Positions 35,791 through 49,229 of a stretch of 64,000 bases of DNA are shown here, in pieces. Every line of letters starts with the position of its first letter. The stretch's first letter is position 1. This stretch comes from Octopus sinensis (lineage: Eukaryota). The stretch covers positions 168,588 to 232,587 of the forward strand of contig NW_021833041.1 in the NCBI RefSeq assembly GCF_006345805.1, written 5' to 3'. The translations under genes and the position numbers were made by a program. The notes under the pieces were generated by a model. The model saw only the letters and a program-made list of their open reading frames with translations, was not told where the DNA came from and did no database searches.

Positions 35791-38044
35791 TCTTAATAAT
35801 AAAATGGTATGGTGTGTGTCTGTCTGTCTGTCTGACGTCTGTGTGTGCACACCAACTTCAATTGGCAATACGATGTCCTCGACTTACATGATGAGGTCCT
35901 TAAAACCTTCCCCCCCAAAAAAATTAAAAAAAAATTTTCTTTGCATTTTGGTTAAAATGAACAACTACAATGTCCTCGACTTACATGATGAAGTCCTTAA
36001 AACCTTCCCCCCAAAAAAAATTAAAAAAAAACTTTCTGCATTTTGTTAAAATGAACAACTACAATGTCCCGACTTACATTATGAAGTCCTAAAACCTTCC
36101 CCACCCAAAAAAAATTAAAAAAAAATTTTCTGCTTTTGGCTAAAAGAACAACTACAATTTCCTCGACTGACATATGAAGTCCTTAAAACCTTCCCCCCCA
36201 AAAAAATTAAAAAAAAATTTTCTGCATTTTGGCTTAAAATGAACAACTACAATGTCCTCGACTTACATGATGAAGTTCCTTAAAACCTTCCCCCCCAAAA
36301 AAAATAAAAAAAAATTTTCTGCATTTTGGTTAAAATGAACAACTACAATGTCCTCGACTTACATGATGAAGTCCTAAAACCTTCCATCCACAAAAAAAAA
36401 TTAAAAAAAATTTTCTGCATTTTGGTTAAAATGACAACTACAATGTCCTCTCGACTTACATGATGAAGTCCTTAACAACCTTCCCCCAAAAAAACTTAAA
36501 AAAAAATTTCTGCATTTTGGTTAAAATGAACAACTACAATGTCCTCGACTACATGATGAAGTTCCTTAAAACCTTCCCCCTTAAAAATTAAAAAAAATTT
36601 TCTGCATTTTGGTTAAAATGAACACCTACAATGTTCCTCGACTTACATGATGAAGTCCTTAAAACCTTCCCCCAAAAAAATTAAAAAAAATTTTCTGCAT
36701 TTTGGTTAAAATGAACAACTACAATGTCCTCAACTTACATGATGAAGTCCTTAAACCTCCCCCCCAAAAAAATAAAAAAAAATTTCTGCATTTTGGTTAA
36801 AATGAACAACTACAATGTCCTCGACTTACATGATGAGTCCTTAAAACCTTCCCCCCAAAAAATCAAAAATTATTTTCTGCATTTTGATTAAAATGAACAA
36901 CGCGAATGTCCTCGACATTCATGATGAGGTCCATTAAACCTTCAAGGCAAAAATCTCACGTATTAAGAATATCCTTGATGAAAACGACATCGAGAATATT
37001 AACAATGATGAACTCCCAATTATTCGCGATAAAGAAATTCAATTCACCTATTTTTTTCTCTTTAAAATTAAATGCATATCATTATCGACATGAATCAAAA
37101 TTAAAGCTATTATCATATTTGACTTTGACAGATTTGCAATCACAATTGCACGACTTTGATAGAGTGTGCAATTACAATTTTTGAAAAACCATTTTGATAG
37201 TTGAAACCACATAGCCAATCATTAACACAATTTACCACCAATTGACGCCACGACCTTGAATAGAGTGTGCAATTAACAGATTTTGAAAAACACTTTATAG
37301 TTGAAACCACATTAGCACAACCATTAACACAATTTACCACCATTGACAGCGCAATCAGAAGAATTTGCGTAAAAATATTAACTATTTACTTGAATTTTTT
37401 CGTAAAGATAGAATTTATTTTCGGTATGCCTCTTTCCTAAACTTTTTTTATTATTCAAAATAATTTTGTTAAATAGATAACCGAAGGAGGAAAAACGAAG
37501 CTGAAGAAAAACGGTCACTTAATAAGGTAATTAATTAAATCTTTTTGTGTGTCGCTTTTTTGGTGTGTCGCTTTTTTGTGTGTCGCTTTCTTGCCTGCCG
37601 CATTTCCGCCCTGCCCATGTCTCTTTCCTCTGCCCCATTTCCGCCATAAAAAACAAAAAAATAAAAAAAGAAAAAAGGAATTACAAAGGAAAAGAAAAAT
37701 TAAATATACAAAAAATAAACCACAAAAAATGAAAAAAAAAAAAGTTGCAATGACAATAAACAGGCCCAGGGACAGTCATTAAAGGTAGTTTGGGTTATTT
37801 TATAGATAGTGAGTGCTTTTTCACATGGACAGCTGTATGTGGGATGCTCGAGGTAGCAGAAGAGAAAATTTATTCATATATGCCAAGGAAGGACGGACGA
37901 CAAACATCGTTTATCAACAGGCGATAGAATAGGGGTACATTAAACCAGGTAGTTTTATACATCTACATAAACTTATATAGTTGTTTGATGAAACAGGCCC
38001 TCCGCAGAGCTAGGTCGCGGTGAGCGAAGCGAGCTGCCGACTAG
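35791..38044 (+). mobile_element. Non-autonomous Helitron-like element
   Basis: A|TC 5' end (TCTTAATAATAAAATGG followed by a GTCT microsatellite), GC-rich 3' segment ending CTAG|T at 38044, no TSD, inserted between A and T. Confidence 0.8.
35870..36950 (+). repeat. Tandem satellite, about 94-bp unit, about 11 copies
   Basis: Unit ATGAACAACTACAATGTCCTCGACTTACATGATGAAGTCCTTAAAACCTTCCCCCC-A(n)-TT-A(n)-TTTTCTGCATTTTGGTTAAA. Two successive starts are 35957 and 36051. Confidence 0.95.
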
Positions 38045-38809
38045 TATTAGAATAAAAGCGATACCTTTTTCTCATTCTATATGCACTTATGGGCTTAATT
38101 GCCGATCCGGTGTTCATAAGATCTTTCGTTTGACATTGGCAGCAGGATTTGAGAACAGACATAAACTCACTTCTACAAGATCTATGAACAGTATCTTTAC
38201 TTAGAAAAAGCAGTCTGTCTCGACCAGGAAGTCCATTTTTTTAATTTAGATTTCGATAAACATTTTCATTTCTTATGCTTATTTGAGAGTAAAAGTACGT
38301 AATAAGATCCCGGATGTTGTAAAATAAACAGTCTTTCTTGGAGTTGGACAATCTGAATAATGATGCCGTCCTTTTAAAATTCAACTCATTCTGATTCATC
38401 TGCCGATACACGATCCTTCACTAGCATAGCAACGGCGTTAACGGCGAAATCGATTTTGCGCGAACGTTCCCAACCTGAAACCACTCTCAACAGGTGACGA
38501 CAGCATCAAAATGGCTATTAAAATGAAATATACCACTTAAATCTAAATTTACAAAAATATTTTTTACAGAGATCCTAATGGAAAATGGCCTCAGTGCAAA
38601 TTCTTTATTAAAACGATTCTCCATTTGGCAAACTAGATATAATAGAGTTCTAAGATCAAAAAAAAATTAATCAAAATATAAAAAAATAGAGTTCTTATAA
38701 AAAAATTATATAAATATGAAATTAATATTTCTTAATACAAAAATATAATATTCTGTTAAACTTTACTAGTTGATGTTATGTTCTTTACTTAATAGTTAAT
38801 TTTATTGTG

Positions 38810-41768
38810 ATGCGGAAAAAATATAATCCATACGACGACAATAAACAAACAAAACTTACAGATAGAACTCTAAACCAGAAGAATCTATTAAATATACTTG
38901 AAAATGTAAAAAGAGGCTTAAAAACAAATCAAAACTCTACATTGTCAAAGAATTTTTTACCAGTTGCTAATAAAATAATGGTTTAATTTGTATATTCAGC
39001 TATAAATTTAGAATAATATGGGTTATAAAGAAGGAAAAGGACTAGGAAAGAATGAATCTGGAATATTAGATCCTCTTCCAATGACAGGAATTTTAGGAAT
39101 GGGAGGACTAGGTTCTAAAAGGAGCAGGTTTATAGATAAAAATGTCGAATGGGATACCAATTTTGACCCAATTGTACTATAACTAATAAAATTTAATCAT
39201 ATTTAGAGTAAATTGACTGAGACTATCGACAGTATTAAGATTTCTGAGAATTTTGATATTAGTCTATTTTTACTAAATCCTATCAATGTTCAGAAGGCTA
39301 GGCTATTTTTGTTATCGTTTAAATAGACTTGTCGAGATATTTCGACTGAAACGGATTTCATTGACAAAGATCTGTGGCATCAAATTATTGACTTGAAGGT
39401 TATTTATAGCTTAACATATAACTGTTTAGAATATGCTGGATTCGATGTCTCCTTCGACAATTAGTAGGGCTCATAAGCTTTCAAATCCATTTGAATCTAT
39501 TGGCCGTCATTATTTTATGAATCGGTTTTTTATATACTAATTTTGTAAATTTTTCATTTAATTACTTCATATTGTGACTATTTACATTAGAGCTGCTGTC
39601 AAAATGGCAAATATGGACTATCTTTTTGATTACATTTTTACGACTCCGACCGAAAATGTTTTTGTTATAATAAAATAATTGTAGACTCCAATTGTTTACT
39701 TTGCTGATATTTGCGCTGGTCCTGGAGGATTCAGTGAATATTTACTTTGGAGATTTTTCGAAAAAGGAATAACTGCTAAAGGATTTGGATTTACTCTTAA
39801 AGAGGAGTGCGATTTTCAACTTGAAAAGTTTACAGCGGCATCTCCTCTGTTTTTTGAACCTCATTATGGTTTTTTTCTTTATAATAATTGATACTAAATA
39901 GGCAAAAATAACCCCGATGGTGATGGTGATATTTTTAAACAGGATAATATTTTTGAATTCTCTCAGTATGTATTAAAAAGAACTGACTATAAAGGAGTCA
40001 ATTTTGTAGTTTCTGATGGGGTATGTAATTAATTGTTTCAAAATAAGGGTTTTTCCGTTTCAGGAAACGAAAACATGCAAGAAATTATGTCTAAACAATT
40101 ATACTTATGTCAGTTCCTACTTGCACTGCATGTGATTAGACCAGGTTACAGTTTTTCAATCATTTTAGGTGGGATTTTTATGTCGAAGCTCTTCGATATT
40201 GTTACACCATTTTCAGTGGGCCTTATATATCTTATGTCTTCTGTCTTTAAATACGTCAATATTGTTAAGCCATATAGCAGCAGACCGGGAAATTCTGAAA
40301 GGTTTGAAAGTTCATTTTCATCTGCAGATATATTGTATTTAAAGAGAATAGTGGTTCAAACAAAATGCTTATAAAATTTTTTCAAAGTGTTAACGATAAA
40401 ATGAATTTATTGAAAGAATCGAAAACTATTTGCAGTGATATACGTGAAATAATACCGATATCGTTTATTTTCAAAGATCGTATCTTTGTTGAATCTATTA
40501 TAAACTCTAATAATAGGTTTAATTTGGAAGTTATTTTTAAAGAATAGGACAAGGAATTGCTTTTAGTCTTGCAAAGCTTATTACATTTGCAATGAATAAT
40601 GTACCAATGGATCTCAGACAAAACGAGTTCTCAAAAATATTAATCAAAAAATGGAAAGTAGCAATGAATATTCTTATTTGAGTAGCTACATCAGATGAAA
40701 CCACCTTATTCCGGTAGTGAAATTGAAGATCGATTTTGTAAAATTTATTCGGTAAACATTAAAATATTTTTTCACAATTTATTTTAGTGCCCTTCATATA
40801 ATTTTGTCGAATGTCATCAGGTTTATATAAATAAAATAAGTGACTTGATAAGAATTAATTTACATGTTAAAAATTATCTACTTTGTTTAATATCTGGAAC
40901 ACATGTAACATTAGCATCCGTAGGGGTAATTTATTTTTAAAATAATTAAAAAAGGTTGATAATGTATTTGTCTGGTTTCACGATGACAATAAACGGAAAA
41001 TTTGGCATAAATATGAGTTATTGGATTTTAATTTTGAAATAAGGCTCCCGCGTGATACTTTGGTTGAAGGTTTTTTCATTGACGAGTATTACGGAAAAGT
41101 TTATTTTATTAAATATTTTTTGTCTTTTAATTATATGTCCAAGCTACCGTCTTTCCATATTGTCGATTGCTCTTTACTTAATGGATTAGATGTCTCGAAA
41201 TTGCCTCTAGTTGAACGGTTATTCTCATAATTTATTTTAGAATTAAAAAATGTCAGTACATGTGCGAAGCTATTAGGACATCAGTGTCTCATGGATTATG
41301 TTATTTTAGAATTTCTACATTGTTTTCACCACGTTATATCTCAGACATTTTTAAAAGGTGTTTGAATAATGATATTACTCTATTAGTTTGATCTCTCACA
41401 ATTCTATTGAATATTTTAAAGTGGATACTAATTGTTGGATTATCCCTGATAGGTTATTAATACTTAAAGTTATAAAAGGTGTAATATTTTATTCTTATAA
41501 TATAAAAGATCCTTGGATTAAGTGCATATCAACCAATACACATAAAAACTATTATTTTAATACTAGAAATGGAAATTCTGTATTTGATTTTGAAGATTCA
41601 ATGAATTGTGACTTTTGGTTGTTTTTTTAAACAATTTATTATCACAGGACGTCCACTAATTCTCGGATTCATTGGATTTGGATGAGTTTATCTTCAAGTA
41701 TAATTCAGTTTTTAAATAAACTAGTAGATTTCAGCTTAAATGAAATTGTTGATTTTTTTGAAAAATAA
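38810..41768 (+). CDS. CMTR1: Cap-specific mRNA 2'-O-methyltransferase 1
   Basis: G-patch [23 protein letters not shown]. RrmJ core [63 protein letters not shown]-terminal WW domain [17 protein letters not shown]. Confidence 0.95.
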
Positions 41769-42124
41769 AATTTTTAAATATTTAAGTTATTTTTAATAGT
41801 ATGGTAATTCGGCTTATTTGCGGGAAAAGCGCAAAAAGCTGTTTTTAAATACGGCATATTTGGTAAAGATAACCAAAATTTTTCTTTGTCGATAACCCTA
41901 AATTAATTTTATTTTATTGTGTTATATATTTACATCAAAAATTTTAATAACACAAGGGGAATAAAAAACCGTTTATTTTGGCGAGGGTGGTATGTTTTAC
42001 CTTTTTTAGCATTTTAACGCTCGATAAAATTACGAATGCTTGATGTCACAAAACGAAAGATTTTCAGCCTGAATTTGTTAAAATGAACCAATAAAAAACA
42101 TCTGACGACTTTAATATCTTGCGA

Positions 42125-43200
42125 TCAACTATCGCGGCTGCACGGAGAGACGAAGGAGGGTACCCAGCAAAAGGCCGAAATGCTTGACACACGGGGGAGT
42201 ATGTGGAAAGCAACCTCTCGCAAGGGTGTATTGTTTCCGTTTTGTGGATCCGATGCTCCCTTGATGACCAAGTCTTGTGTTTCTAACATCTGCAAGAAAT
42301 TCGATGAGGCAGTAACCCGTCTCTCTGACTGGAAAACAACTGGGGTCGATAATGTGTATAATTTCTTTATAAAAAATTGTAAACCAATCCATGATTGCAG
42401 GTGTCGAGCAATCAAACAGTTTACACTTGACCTTGACTCAATTTTAGAGTGGTTCTGTACTGGGGTCAGTTATTTAATTTCTAAAGTAGATAACCCTACC
42501 GCTCCGACAGATTATCGCCTGATAAACTGTATGTCCAACCTGTAAAAGTTAATGACTAAGGTAATGGCTACTGAAGTCAGAAATTTCGTGGAGGTGAATG
42601 GGATTCTTTCCGAGAATCAGTTAGGTAATCAGAGGGATTGCCAGGGAGCTAAGAACCAGACACTGGCCAACAAATGTCTCGCGAGAGCCCACTGAAATTT
42701 ACTAGTATCGATGTGGGTGGCTGTGAAAAAGATATATAACTCGGTTGACCATGGCTACATCGTTGAGTGCCTGCGAAGACTCAAGTTGGCTTCTTGGTTC
42801 ATCAAATTTGTTGCAAATATGATGGACAGGTGGAATGTGTATCTACACTACAAAAATGCGATATTTGCGAGGTTAAGCTAGAGAGATGCATCAAACTGTT
42901 CGCTCGGTCTTCAGAGATCCTCCACTCGATGGGAAAAGTCTTGAAAATTTTATGAAGGCAGTCGGTCTGTAGCTCAACTACAACGCTTTGCGACTAACAC
43001 CCCTAGTCAAAGTCTTGGAAAAGGGTTAAGGGTATTAGTATCTTGGCGTGGTTGAAAGTCCAACCTTATTAATAACACCTGCAACGAGGAAGTGTGTAGT
43101 GGCGGGTCCTCGTAGTAGGGCAGCAGTGTTATTAAAAACTCGCCTCAATGCAAGGAATTTATTCCATGCGTTGAACGAATGCGTGATTTATTTTATTTGT
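42125..43200 (+). mobile_element. Decayed RT region of an R4/Dong/NeSL-like non-LTR retrotransposon
   Basis: LSDWKTTGVDNVYNFFIK..WFCTGVSYLISK..TDYRLINCMSNL*KLMTK..NQLG..GAKNQ..YNSVDH. Confidence 0.75.
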
Positions 43201-43491
43201 CTAATCAGCATAAAGGATGATATGAAAATAAGAGATTTTTCTTTTAAAAATTTGATTTATAGTTTTAATTTGAAAGACTTCAAAGCAACTTTTAAAACGT
43301 TTTCGATTAGACACAAAGCACTGGGAAGTGCCTTAAGGATGAATAGGATTTCTACATTCTACGCGACGCGGCTTAAAATCGTCAAAAATACAGTAAGGTG
43401 ACTAGGAATCTCACCTATTTGTTGTACATAGTTCTTCATGACCGATAACAGAGCTCAGTGTAAATAATAATAATTCAATAAGACATAAATA

Positions 43492-46400
43492 TCAACCACT
43501 CGAATTATTTAAATCTTCTTCGGCGTTAATGTAAACGTTTCCCTCACACATTTCTTCAAGTATATTACGTTCAATATTTGGCTAAATGATAAAATAATCT
43601 TCAAAATCAAATACTGCCAATGTAGGATAAGATCTGGAAGTAGTTTTTTGATCGCAGCGATTTTTTTGAAAAATTTCAGCTTTCAACGTTTCTGTAAGTT
43701 CACTGAACATTAATGGACGCTCCAGAGGATCAGCCAATTGTTGTTCTATACAAGGGTATAAAATAGAAGAATGAGTTCTCCAACTTTTTACAGCACTACA
43801 AAATATTATCAGTTTTCAAACCGATTCATAAAACTAGGCAGATAAGTTCTGCTGAATAGAGCAGCCTCAGCATAGCAATCAGAAGCCATAAGGAGTTCGA
43901 AGCATTTACTAAGGCTAAAGCTATTAGTAAAAATTATAAAACTTTCCAGAACAAAACGAAGCTAAAAATCCAATATGTGGCAAGTCATCAGTGATGGCAC
44001 CGTCAATAATGTCATTGAAAAGTGTTTGATCACAATTAGATGCTGCCATCAATAATAAGCTGCTATAATCCTTAACATGCTTAAGACATTCTTTTGCGAT
44101 TTCGTAATCTCCTAGAGAAAGTGCCAAATCGGCAACTTGCTTCCACTTATTCTCATCCTATAAATTTTAATGTTGTTTAGAAAACAACCATAAGTTCATT
44201 AGCAAGAAAAAGAGAACTATCAATATCTCTAATCTGAATCGCCAATTCGAATTTATGTACATCATCATCCGAAATTAATATTGCTTGATCAGGAAATCCC
44301 TAAATATATTTTATCCAAAAAGCTAAAAACTTGTTTTTCAAGGAAGTGTGCAATGTCGTTAAGCATCGATTTAGGTAAACTTTGTATAATCTGATCAGCC
44401 AGCTTGAAATCTTTTGAAAGTACTGCAATATGATAGTCAATAAGTAATGATGATAGTTTATACGAGATCAAACTCCGAGTTTTATCGGTGACGAAAACAC
44501 AATCAATTTCAGATAAATAAGATATTAAAAACATCCCACTAATATTTAAATCAAAAATTAATTGATAAGAAATACAAAAAACATAAGTACAAAAAGACAC
44601 CTTTCAAGAGAAGCTACATTGAAATATTCTCCATAGACGTAATACATCAATTTATCAGACGAATTAATATAAATCAATGCATTTTTGTACCACACAATTT
44701 TGTCTGTTTCAATGTCAGCAGAACTAATCAGCTAAAAAGAAAATTAAAATTCAATTAAAAATACCTCAAAAGCGTCATTCGACCCGCAATCAGAGACTGG
44801 CCTGACAGAACAATCATATTTTAAAATATGGACCACATCTCCTCCATTGAGAGCAACAAAATCGCAACTTTGATTCCAATATAGCTGAAAAATATTCAAA
44901 AAAGTTATACAGATTTAATGGATATATCTATTAGTCTAATAAGAGCTCGAGTTTGCCAGTCATAAAAAGCAAGACCATTAGTAGATTTAACACCAAGCAA
45001 TGGACCGCCAAAAATCGCTAAATAATATTCACATCTAAATTCTAAAAACCATCAACTCCGAATCGGGGTTTCATAATTTCTGGCTGTTTCTCAAAATTTC
45101 GATAAAGCACGATGGTAACAGATGACTTGGCAATTCCAAACATTGTAGAATCTGCACTCCAAGCAAATTGTCCTCCCATCATCCCCTTTCCAAAACACTT
45201 GCTACGAAATCCCACAGATGAATACACCACAAAAGAATCTTCATTGATTATAGTCACAAATCTTAAATATTGTACATACTATAAACGAAGTACCTTCCAT
45301 TGGGACTGTGTAATATGTCAGAAGGAATAAAATCAAACGTTCCTACATCTTTAAATGGAATTGAAAGGCGTTCAGAATCGTGCCAACAAGGGTCAGATAT
45401 TTTTTTCGGATTAAAACATTGTACCGTGTTTTTATTAACCATATAAATTTTCATGTTAGAATCAACACTGAAAACTGGTTCTTCCTTACCGAACTAAAAA
45501 ATATAAATCAAACAGAAATGAAACCTGAAATAGAACAGCCCCATCGTCGTAACCAACAGCAATCAAATTGTTCGTCTGATGAGTCGAAATAACCCACGCT
45601 CGTCCAAAAACCATATCCATGGTAATATCATCACATCCAACGTTGTATCCCCATATTTTTAATTTTCCTGATAGTTTAATATTATTTTTTATTGACACCA
45701 TCTTCTGATGCAGATAATGTGGCAGATAAATTATAATGGAAAGCGACAGCTGATACTTTTGCAGAATGTCCTGATAGTTTTCGTAGACATGTTCTAGCCT
45801 AAAAAGTCACAATACGAAATAAATTGTAAATATTTCCATAGGCAAAAATAATATTTCTAAAATTTTACCTGATAATCCCACAAAATGACGTCACAGTCAT
45901 CTGAAGCAGAAGCTAAATATGGAAGATCGGGTGCGTGAGTATATTTAACGCAGTTCACACCCGCAACATGTCCTCTCAAGGCAAAATTGGGCCGTTCTAA
46001 GTCTAAATTCCATACCTTGAAATGATTTAATAAATATAAAATACCTGAACGGTACAATCAAGAGAACAAGATGCAAATTGATTTGAATCCTTTGGATTAA
46101 ATGCAAGTCCCATAACAAAATGACTATGTCCGAGATATGTTCTTACTTCCTTCCAAGTACGTTCCCAAGACCAAAGCTTCATTGACTGGTCGTCTAAAAA
46201 TATAAATAAAAGTATACCGCTAGAAGTGATTAAAATCGGAAGAACAGGATGAACAATAATATCTCGAATAAAGTCAGTGTGTGCATCAAAGCAATGAATC
46301 CGTGTTAGTGTATTGTAGTTGAATACCCTTATTTTCATATCATCCTTTATGCTGATTTAAACAATAAAATGAACCGAGCCAGCTACAATCCAGCCCTCCC

Positions 46401-46693
46401 GAGCAACAAATCTTGCAGTTCTTGTAGGAGTATCAGATACTTTTATTGTTTTAATTAATTTCTAAAAAAATTTTAAAGGAAATAAACCTGATCATTGTAG
46501 TTATAAACATTAATTTCCCCGTTATAAATTGCAATTAACATCCAGGGTTCTTTAATGTGAAAGTCAATTGCTTTTACTCGATCAGAACGGCATATCATTT
46601 TTTTCTTCATTTGATTTTTATTCGTTATCTATAATTTCAAATTGAATGAATATAATAATTATATCAAAAAATTATGTTCAGTAGACACACCAT
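43492..46693 (-). CDS. COPB2: Coatomer subunit beta'
   Basis: M|ITNKNQMKKKMICRSDRVKAIDFH..PWMLIA..DDMKIRVFNYNTL..AHTDFIR..HPVLP..GHSHFVM..NPKDSNQFASCSLD. C-terminus YPTLAPNIERNILEE. Confidence 0.96.
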
Positions 46694-46844
46694 AGGACTA
46701 AACACGTAAGTGAATGTATATTATTTAAAAATAAAACAAATTTATTTTATTTTTAATTAATAAATATATTAAATATTTATTAATCAAACTTCCTATTTGT
46801 TAAAAAAACTCTTGCCTATAATTTGCAGAATAATCTCAGAATGT

Positions 46845-48047
46845 TAGGTTCTGGAATATTAGCTCCATTCCTTTTCGCACACAGGCTACACTAGTCATTT
46901 CAAATTAATTGTCAACGTGCTTGATACCGACTAACTCATGTACAACTCATGTTCACATAAAACCATTCTCAACATAGGCCCTCAAAGCTCTCATCTGAGT
47001 AATTGCTGCTACCACCAAAATCTGCACTTGCGAACAGTTCTATCAGCATTCACATGCGTGGCTTCCATGCTACCGCCACATTTCTCTACTTGTCGTAGGC
47101 TATCTTTCCTCAATGGCCAAAGCCAGTCAATTTGCTAAAACGGCCTAGTATAGGTCATACGCTACAGCGCCATCCATTTTTAAGGCAAGTTAATTCGACA
47201 GGTGAGTTATTACACACTCCTTAGAGGATTCCGACTTCTATGGTCACCTTTTAGTTGTCATAATCAACTGAAATTTTTCATAGTATCCTATGTACGTCTA
47301 GTCAGGCGTTTGGTTCATCCTACAGCGCCAGTCATGATTACCATAATTGACCCATTTGGTACTCTAATTTTATATGTGCCTCCAATCAAGTGAGTCACAT
47401 ATCTCACGTTTTTAAAGTTTGAGAATAGTATGCACCCAATCTGACCACAGATCTCTAATAATTCGCTTTAACATATGAAACTTTTTACGAACACCAGCTA
47501 TCCTGAGAAAAATTTCTGAGAGAACCAGTTACTAGATGGCTCGATTAGTATTTTGCCTCTATACCCAGCTTCAACAATTGATTTGAACGTCAGAACCGCG
47601 ATAGACCTCCACCAATGTTTTCACTGGCTTCATCTTAATCAGGTATTGTTCGCCATCTTTCGGGTCTTAACGCATTAGCTAACACTCCCTAGTAAACCGT
47701 ATGTTGCAGGTTTAACACCTTCACATCCAGTTACTTTCATTACGCCGCATGAAATAACTCCATTAGACTTGCTAATACGGTAATCTCCTTGGTACGTGTT
47801 TCAAGACGGAACACCTATTCATGTTAATCATCAAAAGCTAATCCTCAGTACTCACCAACAAACTGCTAGAATCTTTACCATAACAATAAACAGCATACAC
47901 AACCGTCTAAAGGGCACATTAAAACTAGCAACCAGCTAGAACACTCATTACACCTGCTTTATGTTGTAACCGCAACACAAAACGTCAGAGCTTTATCCGC
48001 TTTCTTCTAAACGGTTTCACGCACTTTTAACTCTTTCACCTTTCAAA
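46845..48047 (-). pseudogene. Degenerate partial cytoplasmic LSU (28S) rRNA copy, about 1.2 kb
   Basis: Plus strand matches antisense 28S blocks, e.g. CACCAGCTATCCTGAG..TACTAGATGG.TCGATTAGT, GCCATCTTTCGGGTC, CTCCTTGGT.CGTGTTTCAAGACGG, CTACCACCAA.ATCTGCAC and CGGTTTCACGC. Many G>A and C>T changes at normally conserved sites. Confidence 0.85.
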
Positions 48048-49140
48048 GGCTATTGCCTCGCAACAAGAAAAGATTTCGAATCTATGCTCCAGAGTCCGAA
48101 ATTTCGAGTCTCATTTGGGGCTATTCTTACTCAAAAACTTTCTTTATATCCCTTGGCTGACCTATTTGCTTCGCTACCATGTTATCGTTTACATCAAGAA
48201 CTTCTGCCTTTGGATGACGCTGTTGTGTTGTCGCTGCAATTTCTTCTAAATACTTTGTCCACTGAAGATGGTCGTTCTCGTGCTGCGCTCCCACTCCGCT
48301 TTGGGGGAATTGGGGTTCGTTCTTGTGCAGATCTTGCCTTGCCTTACTATCTCTCCTCGATGTCTGCTTCTGGAAATTTTGTTCGCTCTGTTCTCAATAA
48401 CTCACTAGAATTCTGCGAGCTATCGGAATACCCAGTTGCTGTTCACAAATGGAGATCGCCCGGACTTGACCTCCTCGAGATTCCTTTCATACAGAAGAGT
48501 TGGGATGCTATCAGATGTTCACACTTGTTGGAAAGCCTTCCCTCGTAAGCCAATCAGATGCAGTTAGCGTCGTTGAACTGCGCCTGCCAGCCTCATTCTG
48601 GGGATTGGTTAAATGCTCTCCCACTAGCGTCTAATGGTTTGCTCCTGGAGGATGAAGTCGTCCGTATCGGCGTGTGTTTGTGACTGGGATTGGACATATG
48701 CCAACCGCACCGTTGTCGGTGTAGTTCGATGATCTTAAAAACGGGTTACACGCGTTGTCGTGTAAGAAGAGTTTCCCGCGCCATGCACTTCTCAATGATG
48801 TCATGAAGAGGGCTTTGGATTCCGCCGGATCCCCGTCTACCCTGGAACCTGTTGGACTTCTTCGGAATGACCGGAAACGTCCTGAAGGGATGAATACGTT
48901 CCCTTTCAGGGGAAGTAGGTTTATTTTTTTATTTTTATTAAAAAAAGGGGAGGTAGGTCACTTGTTTGGGACGTGACCTGTGTGGATTATTTTTCAGAGA
49001 CTCTATTGCTCTGGACAGCATGTTCTCCAGGATAGGCTCACGCGCTTGCGGAGGAGAGGAAGAAATCGAAATACATACTCCTTTCTGACGCTTACGAGTT
49101 CGTCCCCCTTTCTTTTGAGACCACTGGCGTGGTCGGGTGA
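48048..49140 (+). mobile_element. 5'-truncated, decayed CRE retrotransposon
   Basis: [81 protein letters not shown]. Paralogue of 3774-4919. Confidence 0.88.
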
Positions 49141-49229
49141 TTTCATTTCATTAAAAAATAAATTAAACAAAATTATTTGATTTTTTTTGAATGTCTTCTA
49201 CCTCCTCTTGGATGTCTTTCATTATCTTT

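Larger units (their letters stand above)
35400..38450 (-). mobile_element. Decayed Ginger2-like integrase element interrupted by the Helitron
   Basis: Near 38250-38070: PGRDRL..CCQCQ..KPIS. Near 35790-35560: LMFGKTSILHTDN..VQGQIERLNQS..KWISII. Confidence 0.6.

Noticed and set aside
35870-36950. CRISPR-like array
   Set aside because: Units repeat in full with no unique spacers, there are no cas genes, and the context is eukaryotic. It is a satellite. The same applies to 63164-64000.
46845-48047. Functional rRNA gene or organellar rRNA insertion
   Set aside because: It is only a partial LSU with no 18S, 5.8S or ITS, and has substitutions at conserved positions. The motifs are of the eukaryotic cytoplasmic type.
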